This document shows, one piece after another, positions 1 through 8,890 of a stretch of DNA of 64,000 bases. Numbering within the stretch: position 1 is the first letter of the stretch; every line of letters starts with the position of its first letter. The translations under genes and the position numbers were made by a program. Origin of the DNA: an uncultured bacterium (GTDB lineage Bacteria; Krumholzibacteriota; Krumholzibacteriia; LZORAL124-64-63); contig CAVSGO010000006.1 of NCBI GenBank assembly GCA_963727525.1, positions 256,001 through 320,000 on the forward strand. The letters are read 5' to 3'. Below the pieces are notes generated by a model. That model had not been told where the DNA came from. It was given only the letters and a program-made list of their open reading frames with translations, and did not search any database.

Positions 1-2
1 AG

Positions 3-1481
3 AACATCGTGGGCGACGCCGCCAATGAGCCGTCCCTTGCCGTGGATCCCACCGATCCGGACAAGATGGTGATCGGCTGGCGGCAGTTTGACACCGTCGC
101 GAGCAATTTCCGCCAGGCAGGGAACGCTTATAGCACGGACGGAGGCCAGACCTGGACATTCCCCGGGGTGATCGAGCCGGGGGTCTTTCGCTCCGATCCC
201 GTCCTGGATTCGGACTCGGAGGGAAGGATCTACTACAACAGCCTCACCCTCGAGGGCAGCGACTACCTCTGCGACGTCTTCCGTTCCACTGAAGCCGGCA
301 TGCCCTGGGATTCCGGAACTTCGGCCCACGGAGGCGACAAGCAGTGGATGGTGATCGACAAGACCGGTGGCGTCGGCGATGGTAATATCTACGCTTTCTG
401 GACCAGCTTCTACAGCAGTTGCATCCCCGGCTTTTTCACGCGGTCCACGGATGGCGGCGACTCGTACGAATCCTGCACCCAGATTCCCGATGAGCCATAC
501 TGGGGTTCGCTCGCGGTGGCGCCCGGTAGCGGATTTAATCCGAGCGGCACGCTCTACGTCGTCGGAGCGTACAATAACGATTTCGTCGTGGCGCGCTCCA
601 CCAACGCCCGCTATGCCGGGCAAGCGATCGTGTGGGACCTGTCGACCGTCGTCAGTCTCGGCGGCTACGCCGATTCATTTGGCGGCCCCAATCCCGAGGG
701 CCTGCTCGGACAGGCAGGCATCGCCACCATTCCCAGCGCGAGTCCCCAGGGCCACGCGGTCTGCGTGCTGTGCTCGGTGAACCCGCCGGGGTCCGACCCA
801 CTGGACGTGATGTTCACTCGCAGCACCGATGGCGGGGCCACCTGGAGTACACCGGTCCGCGTGAACGACGATTCGGGCAACGCATGGCAGTGGCTCGGGA
901 CGATGTCGACCAGCCCCTCCGGGCGGATCGATGCCGTCTGGCTCGACACGCGCGACAATCCGGGCACCTATCTGTCTTCCCTCTACTACTCCTATTCTAC
1001 TGACAGTGGGGTGACCTGGTCCGCGAACGAGCGGCTGTCGGATGCGTTCAATCCGCAGATCGGATATCCGAACCAGGACAAGATGGGCGACTACTTCCAG
1101 ATGGTTTCCGACGACGCGGGTTTTCGTCTGGCCTGGGCTGCGACTTTCAACGGCGAAGAGGACGTCTACTTCGGCCACAAGACCCTGGGAGTCACCGCGG
1201 CCGGTGAGACGCGCCCCGCGTCGCTCGTCCTCATGGAGGCCGACCCGAACCCGTTCAACTCGAGCACCACGATCCGCTACGACATTCCCCGCGACGCCTT
1301 CGTCACCCTGTCGGTCTACGACATGCGCGGGCGGAAGATCGCCGCGCTGGTATCGAGCGAACAGCCGGCGGGATCACACGAGGCGCGTTTCGACGATCGA
1401 GCCCTCGCCAGCGGTGTCTACTTCTGCCGCCTGAGCGCGGGCGAGTCCCACGGCGCGAAGAAGCTCCTGATCGTGAAGTAG
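3..1481 (+). CDS. Secreted BNR/Asp-box (sialidase-fold) repeat protein with C-terminal FlgD-Ig/T9SS-type sorting domain; 5' truncated by the window
   Basis: Repeated S-T-D-G-G-x-[TS]-[WY] Asp-boxes (YSTDGGQTW, RSTDGGDSY, RSTDGGATW, YSTDSGVTW); C-terminal PNPFNSSTTIRY...VYDMRGRKIA...LASGVYFCRL...KKLLIVK; frame is open back to the window edge. Confidence 0.85.
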   Translation, partial: NIVGDAANEPSLAVDPTDPDKMVIGWRQFDTVASNFRQAGNAYSTDGGQTWTFPGVIEPGVFRSDPVLDSDSEGRIYYNSLTLEGSDYLCDVFRSTEAGMPWDSGTSAHGGDKQWMVIDKTGGVGDGNIYAFWTSFYSSCIPGFFTRSTDGGDSYESCTQIPDEPYWGSLAVAPGSGFNPSGTLYVVGAYNNDFVVARSTNARYAGQAIVWDLSTVVSLGGYADSFGGPNPEGLLGQAGIATIPSASPQGHAVCVLCSVNPPGSDPLDVMFTRSTDGGATWSTPVRVNDDSGNAWQWLGTMSTSPSGRIDAVWLDTRDNPGTYLSSLYYSYSTDSGVTWSANERLSDAFNPQIGYPNQDKMGDYFQMVSDDAGFRLAWAATFNGEEDVYFGHKTLGVTAAGETRPASLVLMEADPNPFNSSTTIRYDIPRDAFVTLSVYDMRGRKIAALVSSEQPAGSHEARFDDRALASGVYFCRLSAGESHGAKKLLIVK

Positions 1482-1577
1482 TCGCGGGCGCAGGTGCTGA
1501 CGGTAGGGCAGGTGATCCGTCCTTCCAGCACGAAGGATGGGTCATAGACGCCGCAGTGGCGACTCGGGAGGCGGCCA

Positions 1578-2909
1578 CTAGCGAGAAGGTGCGTTGCCGA
1601 TCGCCAGGACCGCGAGTTCTTCCTCGAGGCGGTCACTGAGTTCGCCATACGACTTCGCGCCGTGGTACAGCTTGCCGTTGAAGAAGATCCCCGGAGTGGC
1701 CGTGACGCCGAGATCGATGCCCCGCATCTTCTCGGCGCGAATCCGGTCAAGCAGCGTCTTATCGGCGAGATCAGCTGTGAAACGCCGCGCGTCGAGCGGG
1801 ATCGTCTTGGCCAGCTTGGTGATCTCCTTCTTGAACAGCCTGTTCTGGTTGGCGAAGAGCAAGTCGTGCATCTCCCAGAACTTGCCCTGGCGAGCGGCGG
1901 CCAGCGCCGCGGTGGCCGCCGTGATGGCCTGCGCGTGCGTCTTGATCGGGAAGTTCTCGAAGTAGACCACGACCTTGCCCGGCATCTCGGCAACGAGGCG
2001 CTCGAGGGCCTTGTCGGCGACCCTGCAGTACGGACACTGGAAATCGGCGAAGACCACGACGCGCACGGGCGCGGCCGGATCGCCGAGCGGATCGAGTCCG
2101 CTCGTGTCGATCGTCTTCACCTCGGGCGGGAAAGCGGAGATCTTCCGCTCGTGCAACCCTTCACTGATCTTCTCGGTCGAGTCGCCGGACAGGAGGCGGC
2201 GCACGATGAACGCGGCCAAGCGGAGCGGGCCATCATTCGTCGGCGCCTTCTTCAGGCAGTCGGTGATCGTCCCCTCGCAGCCGTAGTAACACTGCGTGGT
2301 GTCGAAGAACGCGGTCGCGATCTTTTTCTGCGAATCGGACAGGGACCCGCCCATGGGAATCTGCCGCCACGGGATTCCGCCCGCCCGCGCCGGCGCGCTG
2401 GCCAGGGCCATCCCGAGCAGCACGAGGACGACCGGCGCACCTCGCCGCGCGGCGCCGAGAACCCGGTCGAGCCCCAGCCGACCGCGATCGCGCCAGGCGA
2501 CGAGCAACGCACCGACGAGCCAGGCACCGTCGCGCAGCAGGGTTCGAGTCCCGATCTCGGCCGCGGCCTGCTGCGACGAGAAGCAGCCGCACGACATCTG
2601 GAACCCCCGCGCGATGGCCGATCCGATCGCCCCGGTGAAGACGACGAGCAGCCCGGCCACTACCAGGGCCGCGGCCCGGGTCCACACGCCGAGCACGAGA
2701 GCCAGACCCACGACGATCTCGATCCACGGCAACACGATCGCCAGTGCATTGACCGCCCCCAGCGGCAGGATCCGGTAGGTCGCGACCGAGAGCGCGAATG
2801 CGTAGGGCTGGAGGATCTTGAACCAGGCCGCCGCGACGAACACGAGACCGAGATAGACCCGCACGGCGGCGAGCAGGACCTGCACGCTACGATCATCCCC
2901 GCGCGTCAT
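1578..2909 (-). CDS. MauE/DoxX-family membrane domain fused to DsbA-like thioredoxin domain
   Basis: ATG at 2909 overlaps the upstream stop (ATGA); RVYLGLVFVAAAWFK...LPWIE...SCGCFS (MauE); FADFQCPYC, FWEMHDLLF, GVTATPGIFFNG (DsbA/Thioredoxin_4). Confidence 0.85.
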   Translation of the reverse strand: MTRGDDRSVQVLLAAVRVYLGLVFVAAAWFKILQPYAFALSVATYRILPLGAVNALAIVLPWIEIVVGLALVLGVWTRAAALVVAGLLVVFTGAIGSAIARGFQMSCGCFSSQQAAAEIGTRTLLRDGAWLVGALLVAWRDRGRLGLDRVLGAARRGAPVVLVLLGMALASAPARAGGIPWRQIPMGGSLSDSQKKIATAFFDTTQCYYGCEGTITDCLKKAPTNDGPLRLAAFIVRRLLSGDSTEKISEGLHERKISAFPPEVKTIDTSGLDPLGDPAAPVRVVVFADFQCPYCRVADKALERLVAEMPGKVVVYFENFPIKTHAQAITAATAALAAARQGKFWEMHDLLFANQNRLFKKEITKLAKTIPLDARRFTADLADKTLLDRIRAEKMRGIDLGVTATPGIFFNGKLYHGAKSYGELSDRLEEELAVLAIGNAPSR

Positions 2910-3421
2910 GGCGTGCTTCCTTCCAGGGCGATGCTCGCGCCAGCATCGCGCAAAGCGGTGAGGTCGCCCTCGACCCAGAGGACACCCACCACATCGTGGG
3001 TGGCCAGCTCGTCCGCGAGCGCATGTCCGGTTCCTTCGGCCCCGTAGACGAGGATCCGGCTCGCGTGGGTGGCCCGGATGGCCGCCAGCGAGGTGTCGGT
3101 CACCGACAGCAATGGATCGAACGGGACGTTGAGGGCACCCCTGACGTGGGCGCGCTCGAAGGCGGCGGTCGCACTGGCATCGACGAACACGGACTGGCCT
3201 GACCGGAGCAGGGCCGCGCTCGCCGTGATCACACCGGCGGTGGCCGTCGTCTCGGGACAGTCGTGCAGGATCGCGTAAGGCTCCCGCGCGGTCCACGGCA
3301 ACGGACCAGGGCGCAGCGCGTTGAACACCAGACCGATCAGTGCCGGCAACGCGACGAGCAACCCGACTCGCCATCCGAGCGGCACCTGGCGTCGGCCTGC
3401 CGCGGCTCGAAGTTCAGACAT
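2906..3421 (-). CDS. Rhodanese-like domain membrane-anchored protein
   Basis: N-terminal TM segment ending FNALRP; FVDA...FERAHVRGALNVP rhodanese motif; translationally coupled to the MauE-DsbA gene. Confidence 0.7.
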   Translation of the reverse strand: MSELRAAAGRRQVPLGWRVGLLVALPALIGLVFNALRPGPLPWTAREPYAILHDCPETTATAGVITASAALLRSGQSVFVDASATAAFERAHVRGALNVPFDPLLSVTDTSLAAIRATHASRILVYGAEGTGHALADELATHDVVGVLWVEGDLTALRDAGASIALEGSTP

Positions 3422-3578
3422 GCAAGGCTCCTTGCCGGAATCCCTTCACGACCGGCCACCACCGCGAAGATATGCACTGATGGACCGCTCGACAATGCAA
3501 GGTCACGGCCTGGGCGGACCTGTTGCCTGGACATCTTTGCAAGTGTTGTTGAATACGACGTTGTCGAATATCCGCCGG

Positions 3579-5408
3579 CTACCGCCGATCCACCTGCGCC
3601 AGCGCGCGGAATGCCGGGCTTGCGGCAAGCAGGTCGTCGTAGCGCCCGTGGGCCACGATCCGGCCGCGGTCCAGCACATAGATCACGTCGCAGCCGCGGA
3701 CCGTCGTCAGGCGGTGCGCGATCATGATCACGGTCTTGCTTCGGGCGATGCGGTGGACGGCGTCGAAGATCGCGTCCTCGGTGACGCCGTCGAGCGCGCT
3801 GGTGGCCTCGTCGAGCACGAGGACGGCGGGGTCTTCGTAGAGGGCGCGGGCGATGCCGAGCCTTTGACGCTGGCCACCCGAGAGGCGTAGGCCGCGCTCG
3901 CCGATCACCGTGTCGTACCCCGCGGGCAGCTCGTCGACCACGAAGTCGTGGATGTTGGCGAGCTGCGCTGCGCGCTCGACCGCGGCGAGATCCATGTCGG
4001 CCGGGCGCACGCCGAGGGCGATGTTCGCGGCCACCGTATCGTCCGCGAGGAAGATCTGTTGCGGCACGTAGCCGATGTTCATCTGCCACCGGGGAACCGT
4101 GGCCCCATCGACGGTGACGCCGTCGACGGTCAGCGTGCCGCGGGTCGGTGCGAGCAGGCCGAGCAGGATGTCGACCGTGGTCGTCTTGCCCGAGCCCGTC
4201 GGCCCCACGAACGCGACCGTTGCGCCCGCCTCGATCGCGAGGTCGAATCCCTCGAGGACAGGATGCGAGCCGGTGGGGTAGTGAAAGGCGACGTCGTGCA
4301 GCTCGATGCGATCCTGGAAGGGGAGCGGATCGAGGCGGCTACGGTCGGTCACGTGCCGGCTGCGCCGATCCGCCAGGTCGGCGTAGACCTGCGCGAGCGC
4401 CGGCCCGTTGAACCGGATCGTGGCCATGGCGCCGAACACCGACTGCAACGCCGGCAGCAGGCGGTAGATCGCGAATCCGTAAAGGCCCAGCACCGGCAGG
4501 ACCTTCGAGAGGTTCTCGCCTCGCGCGAGCAGGAATATCACCAGGAAGAGCAAGCCACCGAATGCCACCGTCTCGAGCGCGTAGCGCGGCAACTGCGCCA
4601 CGACCTGCTGCGTGGCCAGCGCCCGCGAGTACCGGTGCGATCCTCGCGTGTAACGGCGTAGGAAGAGCTGTTCGCGGCCGAGCAGCTTGATGTCCTTGAC
4701 CCCGGTGAGCACCTCGTTCGCGGCCTTGAACATGGCGCCCTGCGCGGCGGCGCGGTCCTCCCCAAGCCGTTTGAGGCGGCGGCGGATGACGACGAAGATC
4801 ACGAGGTAAGCGCCCGACAGCAGCACGAGCACGGTGCCAGCGAGCAGAGGATTGGCCGCGACCAGCAGGCCGAGGATGAACGCGACCACGGTCGAGCGGG
4901 ACACGAGCTCCATCATCGGCAGGATGTAGCCCGTGACCGCCTGTCGGACCTCGGAGAATATCGTCTTGACCAGCGTCGACGTGTTGTGGTCGAGGAAAAA
5001 CGCGTATGGCCGCGCGAGGTACTGCTCGAGCAGCCTCAGGCCGAGCACGTGGTTGAGCCGCCACGAGAAGCGCAGCATCAGCCAATCCGAGAGCGCGCTG
5101 AGCGTGTTGGTGACCACGAGCACCACCAGCGCGAGGATGCCGGTGAAGATGAGGAACCGCGTGTGGGTGGTGAACCCGAACGTCTGGTAGGCCCAGTGCA
5201 ACCAGCGATTGCGTTCGATGATGTCCGGGTTGGCGACCAGGGTGAGGAAGGGTAGCACAGAGGCGATGCCGGCCACCTGCAGGATCGCCGTCACCGTGAA
5301 CGCAGGCAAGAGCATCAGCACGATGCGGCGCTCACGCCGGTCGAAGAGCGACCAGGCCATCCGCAGGTGGGACGGCGACTGTGCGACGGAACGATCGGAC
5401 CCGGCCAT
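3579..5408 (-). CDS. ABC transporter, fused permease/ATPase (MsbA/PglK-like exporter)
   Basis: TM domain plus Walker A GPTGSGKTT, LSGGQRQR signature, VLVLDEATSALD and IAHRL. Confidence 0.92.
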   Translation of the reverse strand: MAGSDRSVAQSPSHLRMAWSLFDRRERRIVLMLLPAFTVTAILQVAGIASVLPFLTLVANPDIIERNRWLHWAYQTFGFTTHTRFLIFTGILALVVLVVTNTLSALSDWLMLRFSWRLNHVLGLRLLEQYLARPYAFFLDHNTSTLVKTIFSEVRQAVTGYILPMMELVSRSTVVAFILGLLVAANPLLAGTVLVLLSGAYLVIFVVIRRRLKRLGEDRAAAQGAMFKAANEVLTGVKDIKLLGREQLFLRRYTRGSHRYSRALATQQVVAQLPRYALETVAFGGLLFLVIFLLARGENLSKVLPVLGLYGFAIYRLLPALQSVFGAMATIRFNGPALAQVYADLADRRSRHVTDRSRLDPLPFQDRIELHDVAFHYPTGSHPVLEGFDLAIEAGATVAFVGPTGSGKTTTVDILLGLLAPTRGTLTVDGVTVDGATVPRWQMNIGYVPQQIFLADDTVAANIALGVRPADMDLAAVERAAQLANIHDFVVDELPAGYDTVIGERGLRLSGGQRQRLGIARALYEDPAVLVLDEATSALDGVTEDAIFDAVHRIARSKTVIMIAHRLTTVRGCDVIYVLDRGRIVAHGRYDDLLAASPAFRALAQVDRR

Positions 5409-5546
5409 GGTCGCGAAACCCTCTCGCCGACGCGGAGAATTCCGCCACGCGCGTTCGCGCGCGGCGGGCATTCAGCCTAAGCGCGGACGATCGATTCGGC
5501 CAGTGGAGGCGCGCCCGCCACCCGTCGAGGCCGGCCAATCGTCGAG

Positions 5547-6030
5547 CTAGTCGCGCAGTTTCCACACGTCCAGCACGATGACCCACATTCGCGTTTTCAC
5601 GCGGTCCAGGTTCCTCGCCCGGGGACGCGTGGCCCTGTCGTGGCGCACCTGTACCGCGCCTGCGATCTGGTCCACGCGCGGCTGTAGGCGAGGTCCAGCG
5701 ACCACCCGGCGGTGACCCGACGCCCGCATGCCGCACCCGTTCCCAGATATCCGGGCTGCAGACCGGCTCTCCCTGCTCATTTGTGTATCACAAGTTGCTC
5801 ATGTCCCGATACGTGTCGAGTGGCGACCAGCCGTACTGCAGACCGATACCACCGTACGCGACGGTCAACTCGCGAGCGTCAAGGAAGATGTCGTTTGCGA
5901 GACCGACGGCGAGCTGGCTATGGAAGTCGTGATAGCCGACGCCGGTCGGCGAGGTTGTCGACGTTGCCGCCGGTCGATAGGCTCGTATGCAGGCCGCGCC
6001 GCGGGGCCAAGGCGACGATGCGTGCATCAT
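5547..6030 (-). pseudogene. Possible degraded outer-membrane beta-barrel gene remnant
   Basis: Amphipathic strand-like pieces in different frames (LTVAYGGIGLQYGWS; WSLDLAYSRAWT; RMWVIVLDVWKLRD*) with an in-frame TGA at 5788-5790. Confidence 0.3.
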
Positions 6031-6142
6031 GGGCATGTTGTCACGGATGTCTCCGCGTGGATACGAGTGGCCGACCCCGGCGACCTTGCGTAGGAGTGTT
6101 GTTTGAGAGACCGACCCTGCCGCCGCCACCAGGAGACCGCTC

Positions 6143-7210
6143 ATGAGCCTTTCCACCGATCAGATCCGGGAGTTGCTGGGCGATCAGGCCGATGCCCTGC
6201 TGAACTTCGCCGAGCCGAAGATCGACCACGCCCTGCTCCACCAGCCCGGTCCGGATTTCATCGACCGAGTCTGGCGCGACTCCGATCGAACCGTGCCCGT
6301 GCTGCGCAGCCTGCAGGGACTGTGGGACCATGGCCGGCTCGGGGGGACGGGCTACCTCTCGATCCTGCCGGTGGATCAGGGTATCGAGCATTCGGCCGGC
6401 GCGAGCTTCGCACCCAATCCCATCTACTTCGACCCGGCGAAGATCGTGGAACTGGCGCTCGAGGCGGGGTGCAACGCCGTGGCCTCCACGCTCGGCGTGC
6501 TCGGCGCGGTTGCGCGACGCTACGCGCATCGCATCCCGTTCATCGTGAAGCTCAACCACAACGAGCTGCTGACGTACCCAAATACCTACGATCAGATCCC
6601 CTTCGCACGGGTCGAGCAGGCGTTCGACATGGGAGCGGTCGCCGTGGGTGCAACGATCTATTTCGGCAGCGAGGAATCGGGGCGGCAGATCCAGGAGGTC
6701 AGCGAGGCCTTCGAGCACGCGCACGAGCTGGGTCTGGCGACCGTCCTGTGGTGCTACACGCGCAACGCGGACTTCAAGAAAGGCGGTGTCGACTACCACG
6801 CCGCCACCGATCTGACAGGTCAGGCGAACCACCTGGGCGTGACGATCCAGGCCGATATCATCAAGCAGAAGCTCCCCGCGCATAACAAGCCGGGCTTCAA
6901 GAATATCGGCTTCGGCAAGACCGATGACCGCATCTACCGGGACCTCGCGAGCGACCACCCGATCGACATGTGCCGTTACCAGGTTGCCAACTGCTACATG
7001 GGCCGCTGTGGCCTGATCAACTCCGGCGGCGCCAGTAGCGGCGCCAGCGACACCGCCGACGCCGTCCTCACGGCCGTGGTCAACAAGCGAGCCGGCGGCA
7101 TGGGACTGATCATGGGCCGCAAGGCATTCCAACGTCCCATGCCGGACGGCGTGGCGATCATCCAGGCCGTGCAGGATGTCTATCGCGACGGGAATATTAC
7201 CGTGGCGTGA
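6143..7210 (+). CDS. fbaB: Class I fructose-bisphosphate aldolase (DhnA/FbaB type)
   Basis: [69 protein letters not shown]. Confidence 0.95.
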   Translation: MSLSTDQIRELLGDQADALLNFAEPKIDHALLHQPGPDFIDRVWRDSDRTVPVLRSLQGLWDHGRLGGTGYLSILPVDQGIEHSAGASFAPNPIYFDPAKIVELALEAGCNAVASTLGVLGAVARRYAHRIPFIVKLNHNELLTYPNTYDQIPFARVEQAFDMGAVAVGATIYFGSEESGRQIQEVSEAFEHAHELGLATVLWCYTRNADFKKGGVDYHAATDLTGQANHLGVTIQADIIKQKLPAHNKPGFKNIGFGKTDDRIYRDLASDHPIDMCRYQVANCYMGRCGLINSGGASSGASDTADAVLTAVVNKRAGGMGLIMGRKAFQRPMPDGVAIIQAVQDVYRDGNITVA

Positions 7211-7285
7211 TGGCGAGTCGTGTGGTTGAGATTCAAGGGGTGGAGCATCGACGGACTCGCCATCCCGATCACCTTCACTCGCCGA

Positions 7286-7758
7286 CTAGGGCTTCTCGTC
7301 GGAAATATTAGGCTCGTCGTTGCTCTTGTAGCGGTGGACGATCGTGAATTCGCCGTCGCTCTGGTCCGAGATGACGTCGCCGTTCGCGAAGACGGTCGTG
7401 ACTTGCACGTAGCAGTGCTCATCCGTCCAGTTTCCCGGGTCGATCGTCACATGGAGGAAGCCATTCCCGTTCGCTTCGACGGATGCGCCGGCCTCGAGCA
7501 CCCATAGTACGCCATCGGACAAGAGGTAGACGTTCGACGTGCTCAGGTCCACGTCGGTACCCGCCACGTGCCAGAGTATGTTGAAGCCGGTCGGATTGGT
7601 GTAGGACTCGCCGCCGTTCGGGGTGACGACCGTCACACCGTTCCCGGTGAGCGGAAGCGCGTTCGCGCCATCGTCGCTCGCGACGGATGCCGCCAGGGCT
7701 GTACTTGCGACGTCAACATGGCGAGCATGGACACAAGGATCGTTGCGGATCGCTTCAT
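7286..7758 (-). pseudogene. Secreted PNGGE-type Ig-like domain protein with a 1-nt frameshift in the signal peptide (pseudogene or sequencing error)
   Basis: AAGGAG RBS and ATG 7758 give MKRSATILVSMLAMLT; the sequence continues as VASTALAASVASDDG...VTVVTPNGGESY...SDQSDGEFTI in another frame after about 7711. Confidence 0.7.
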
Positions 7759-7933
7759 CGATGGTTGCTCCTTGAAGGAGGTGGGAAGTGGACAGCGACA
7801 CCTCCAGAACGTCAGGGGTGGCGTGGATTCAAGGCGGAAACGGCGGACTCCGTCTCGGGCCATCTTCTCCCTGTCGCGCCGCCCGACTTTGGCTATGTTT
7901 GGCCGCAACCGGGACGAGCCCAAGGAGATGAGC

Positions 7934-8797
7934 ATGAGCGCGACGCTGTCCGACCTCACGGGTGTGAGTTACGCCGACCTGACGACTGCTTTCAACCAGA
8001 TCTTCGCCGACTACAGCCTCACGTCCGAACGCAAGGACGAGACCTGGCTGCGCAACCGATTGATCAAGAATGCCTACTCGGCGGAGTGCAGTGTCGGTGC
8101 CTATATCGAGGGGCGACTCGTCGGGTACATGCTCAATGGGGTGGCCGACTGGCGCGGTGATCGCATCGGCTTCGCGGCGGCCGTGGGCATCGTGCCGCGG
8201 TACCGGGGCCAGGGCATCGCCGGGCAGATGTTCGCGTTCGTGGAGCCGCACCTGCGGGAGCATTCGGTGCAGCACCACCTGCTCGAGGTGGTCGCCACGA
8301 ATCAGCCGGCCGTCGACGCCTACGAGAAGGCGGGCTTTGCGATCAGCCGCGAATTCGCGTGCTTCGAGCTGGCGCTGCCGCGCGAGCGGCCGGGCGGCCC
8401 GTCCGATCCGGGACTCTTCGTCATGGGCAAGGAGGCGCTCGAGCCCTTCGAGGATCAACGGAGCTGGGTGCCGTCCTGGGAGAACAGTTTCGCCTCGATC
8501 CGGCGCATCCCCGATCAGGTCTTCATCATGGCGGCCATCGAGGACAACCGGCCTGCCGGTCTGCTCGTGTACTATCCCACCCTCAACTGGTTGATGAGCA
8601 TCATCGTACGCCGCGAGTACCGGGGGCGAGGCGTGGGCAACCGGCTCATGCAGGAACTGCTACGCCGCCTGCCGGCGTCTCACGAGCGGATCCGGGCGCT
8701 CAACTGCCCACGCGACGATAAGGGTCTGATCGGGTTCTTCGAGCGGCTGGGGTTCGTGGAGTTCGCCAGCCAGTACGAGATGACGCGCGCGCTCTAG
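7934..8797 (+). CDS. Tandem GNAT N-acetyltransferase
   Basis: Two acetyl-CoA motifs (YRGQGIA; YRGRGVG) with YEKAGF/FERLGF; AAGGAG RBS at 7922-7927. Confidence 0.88.
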   Translation: MSATLSDLTGVSYADLTTAFNQIFADYSLTSERKDETWLRNRLIKNAYSAECSVGAYIEGRLVGYMLNGVADWRGDRIGFAAAVGIVPRYRGQGIAGQMFAFVEPHLREHSVQHHLLEVVATNQPAVDAYEKAGFAISREFACFELALPRERPGGPSDPGLFVMGKEALEPFEDQRSWVPSWENSFASIRRIPDQVFIMAAIEDNRPAGLLVYYPTLNWLMSIIVRREYRGRGVGNRLMQELLRRLPASHERIRALNCPRDDKGLIGFFERLGFVEFASQYEMTRAL

Positions 8798-8890
8798 GCC
8801 GGCTACGCTTTTTCAGCTAAGTGATACCACGCGTTCTGCCGATCCTCCCGGGGAATCCTGAACCGCCCGGGGACGGACAAGGAGCGTGGT

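Noticed and set aside
5788-5790. In-frame TGA as possible selenocysteine
   Set aside because: Context (SNL*YTN) is not a redox motif, no SECIS recognised, and further frameshifts follow; the Se-type xdh ORF also has no internal TGA
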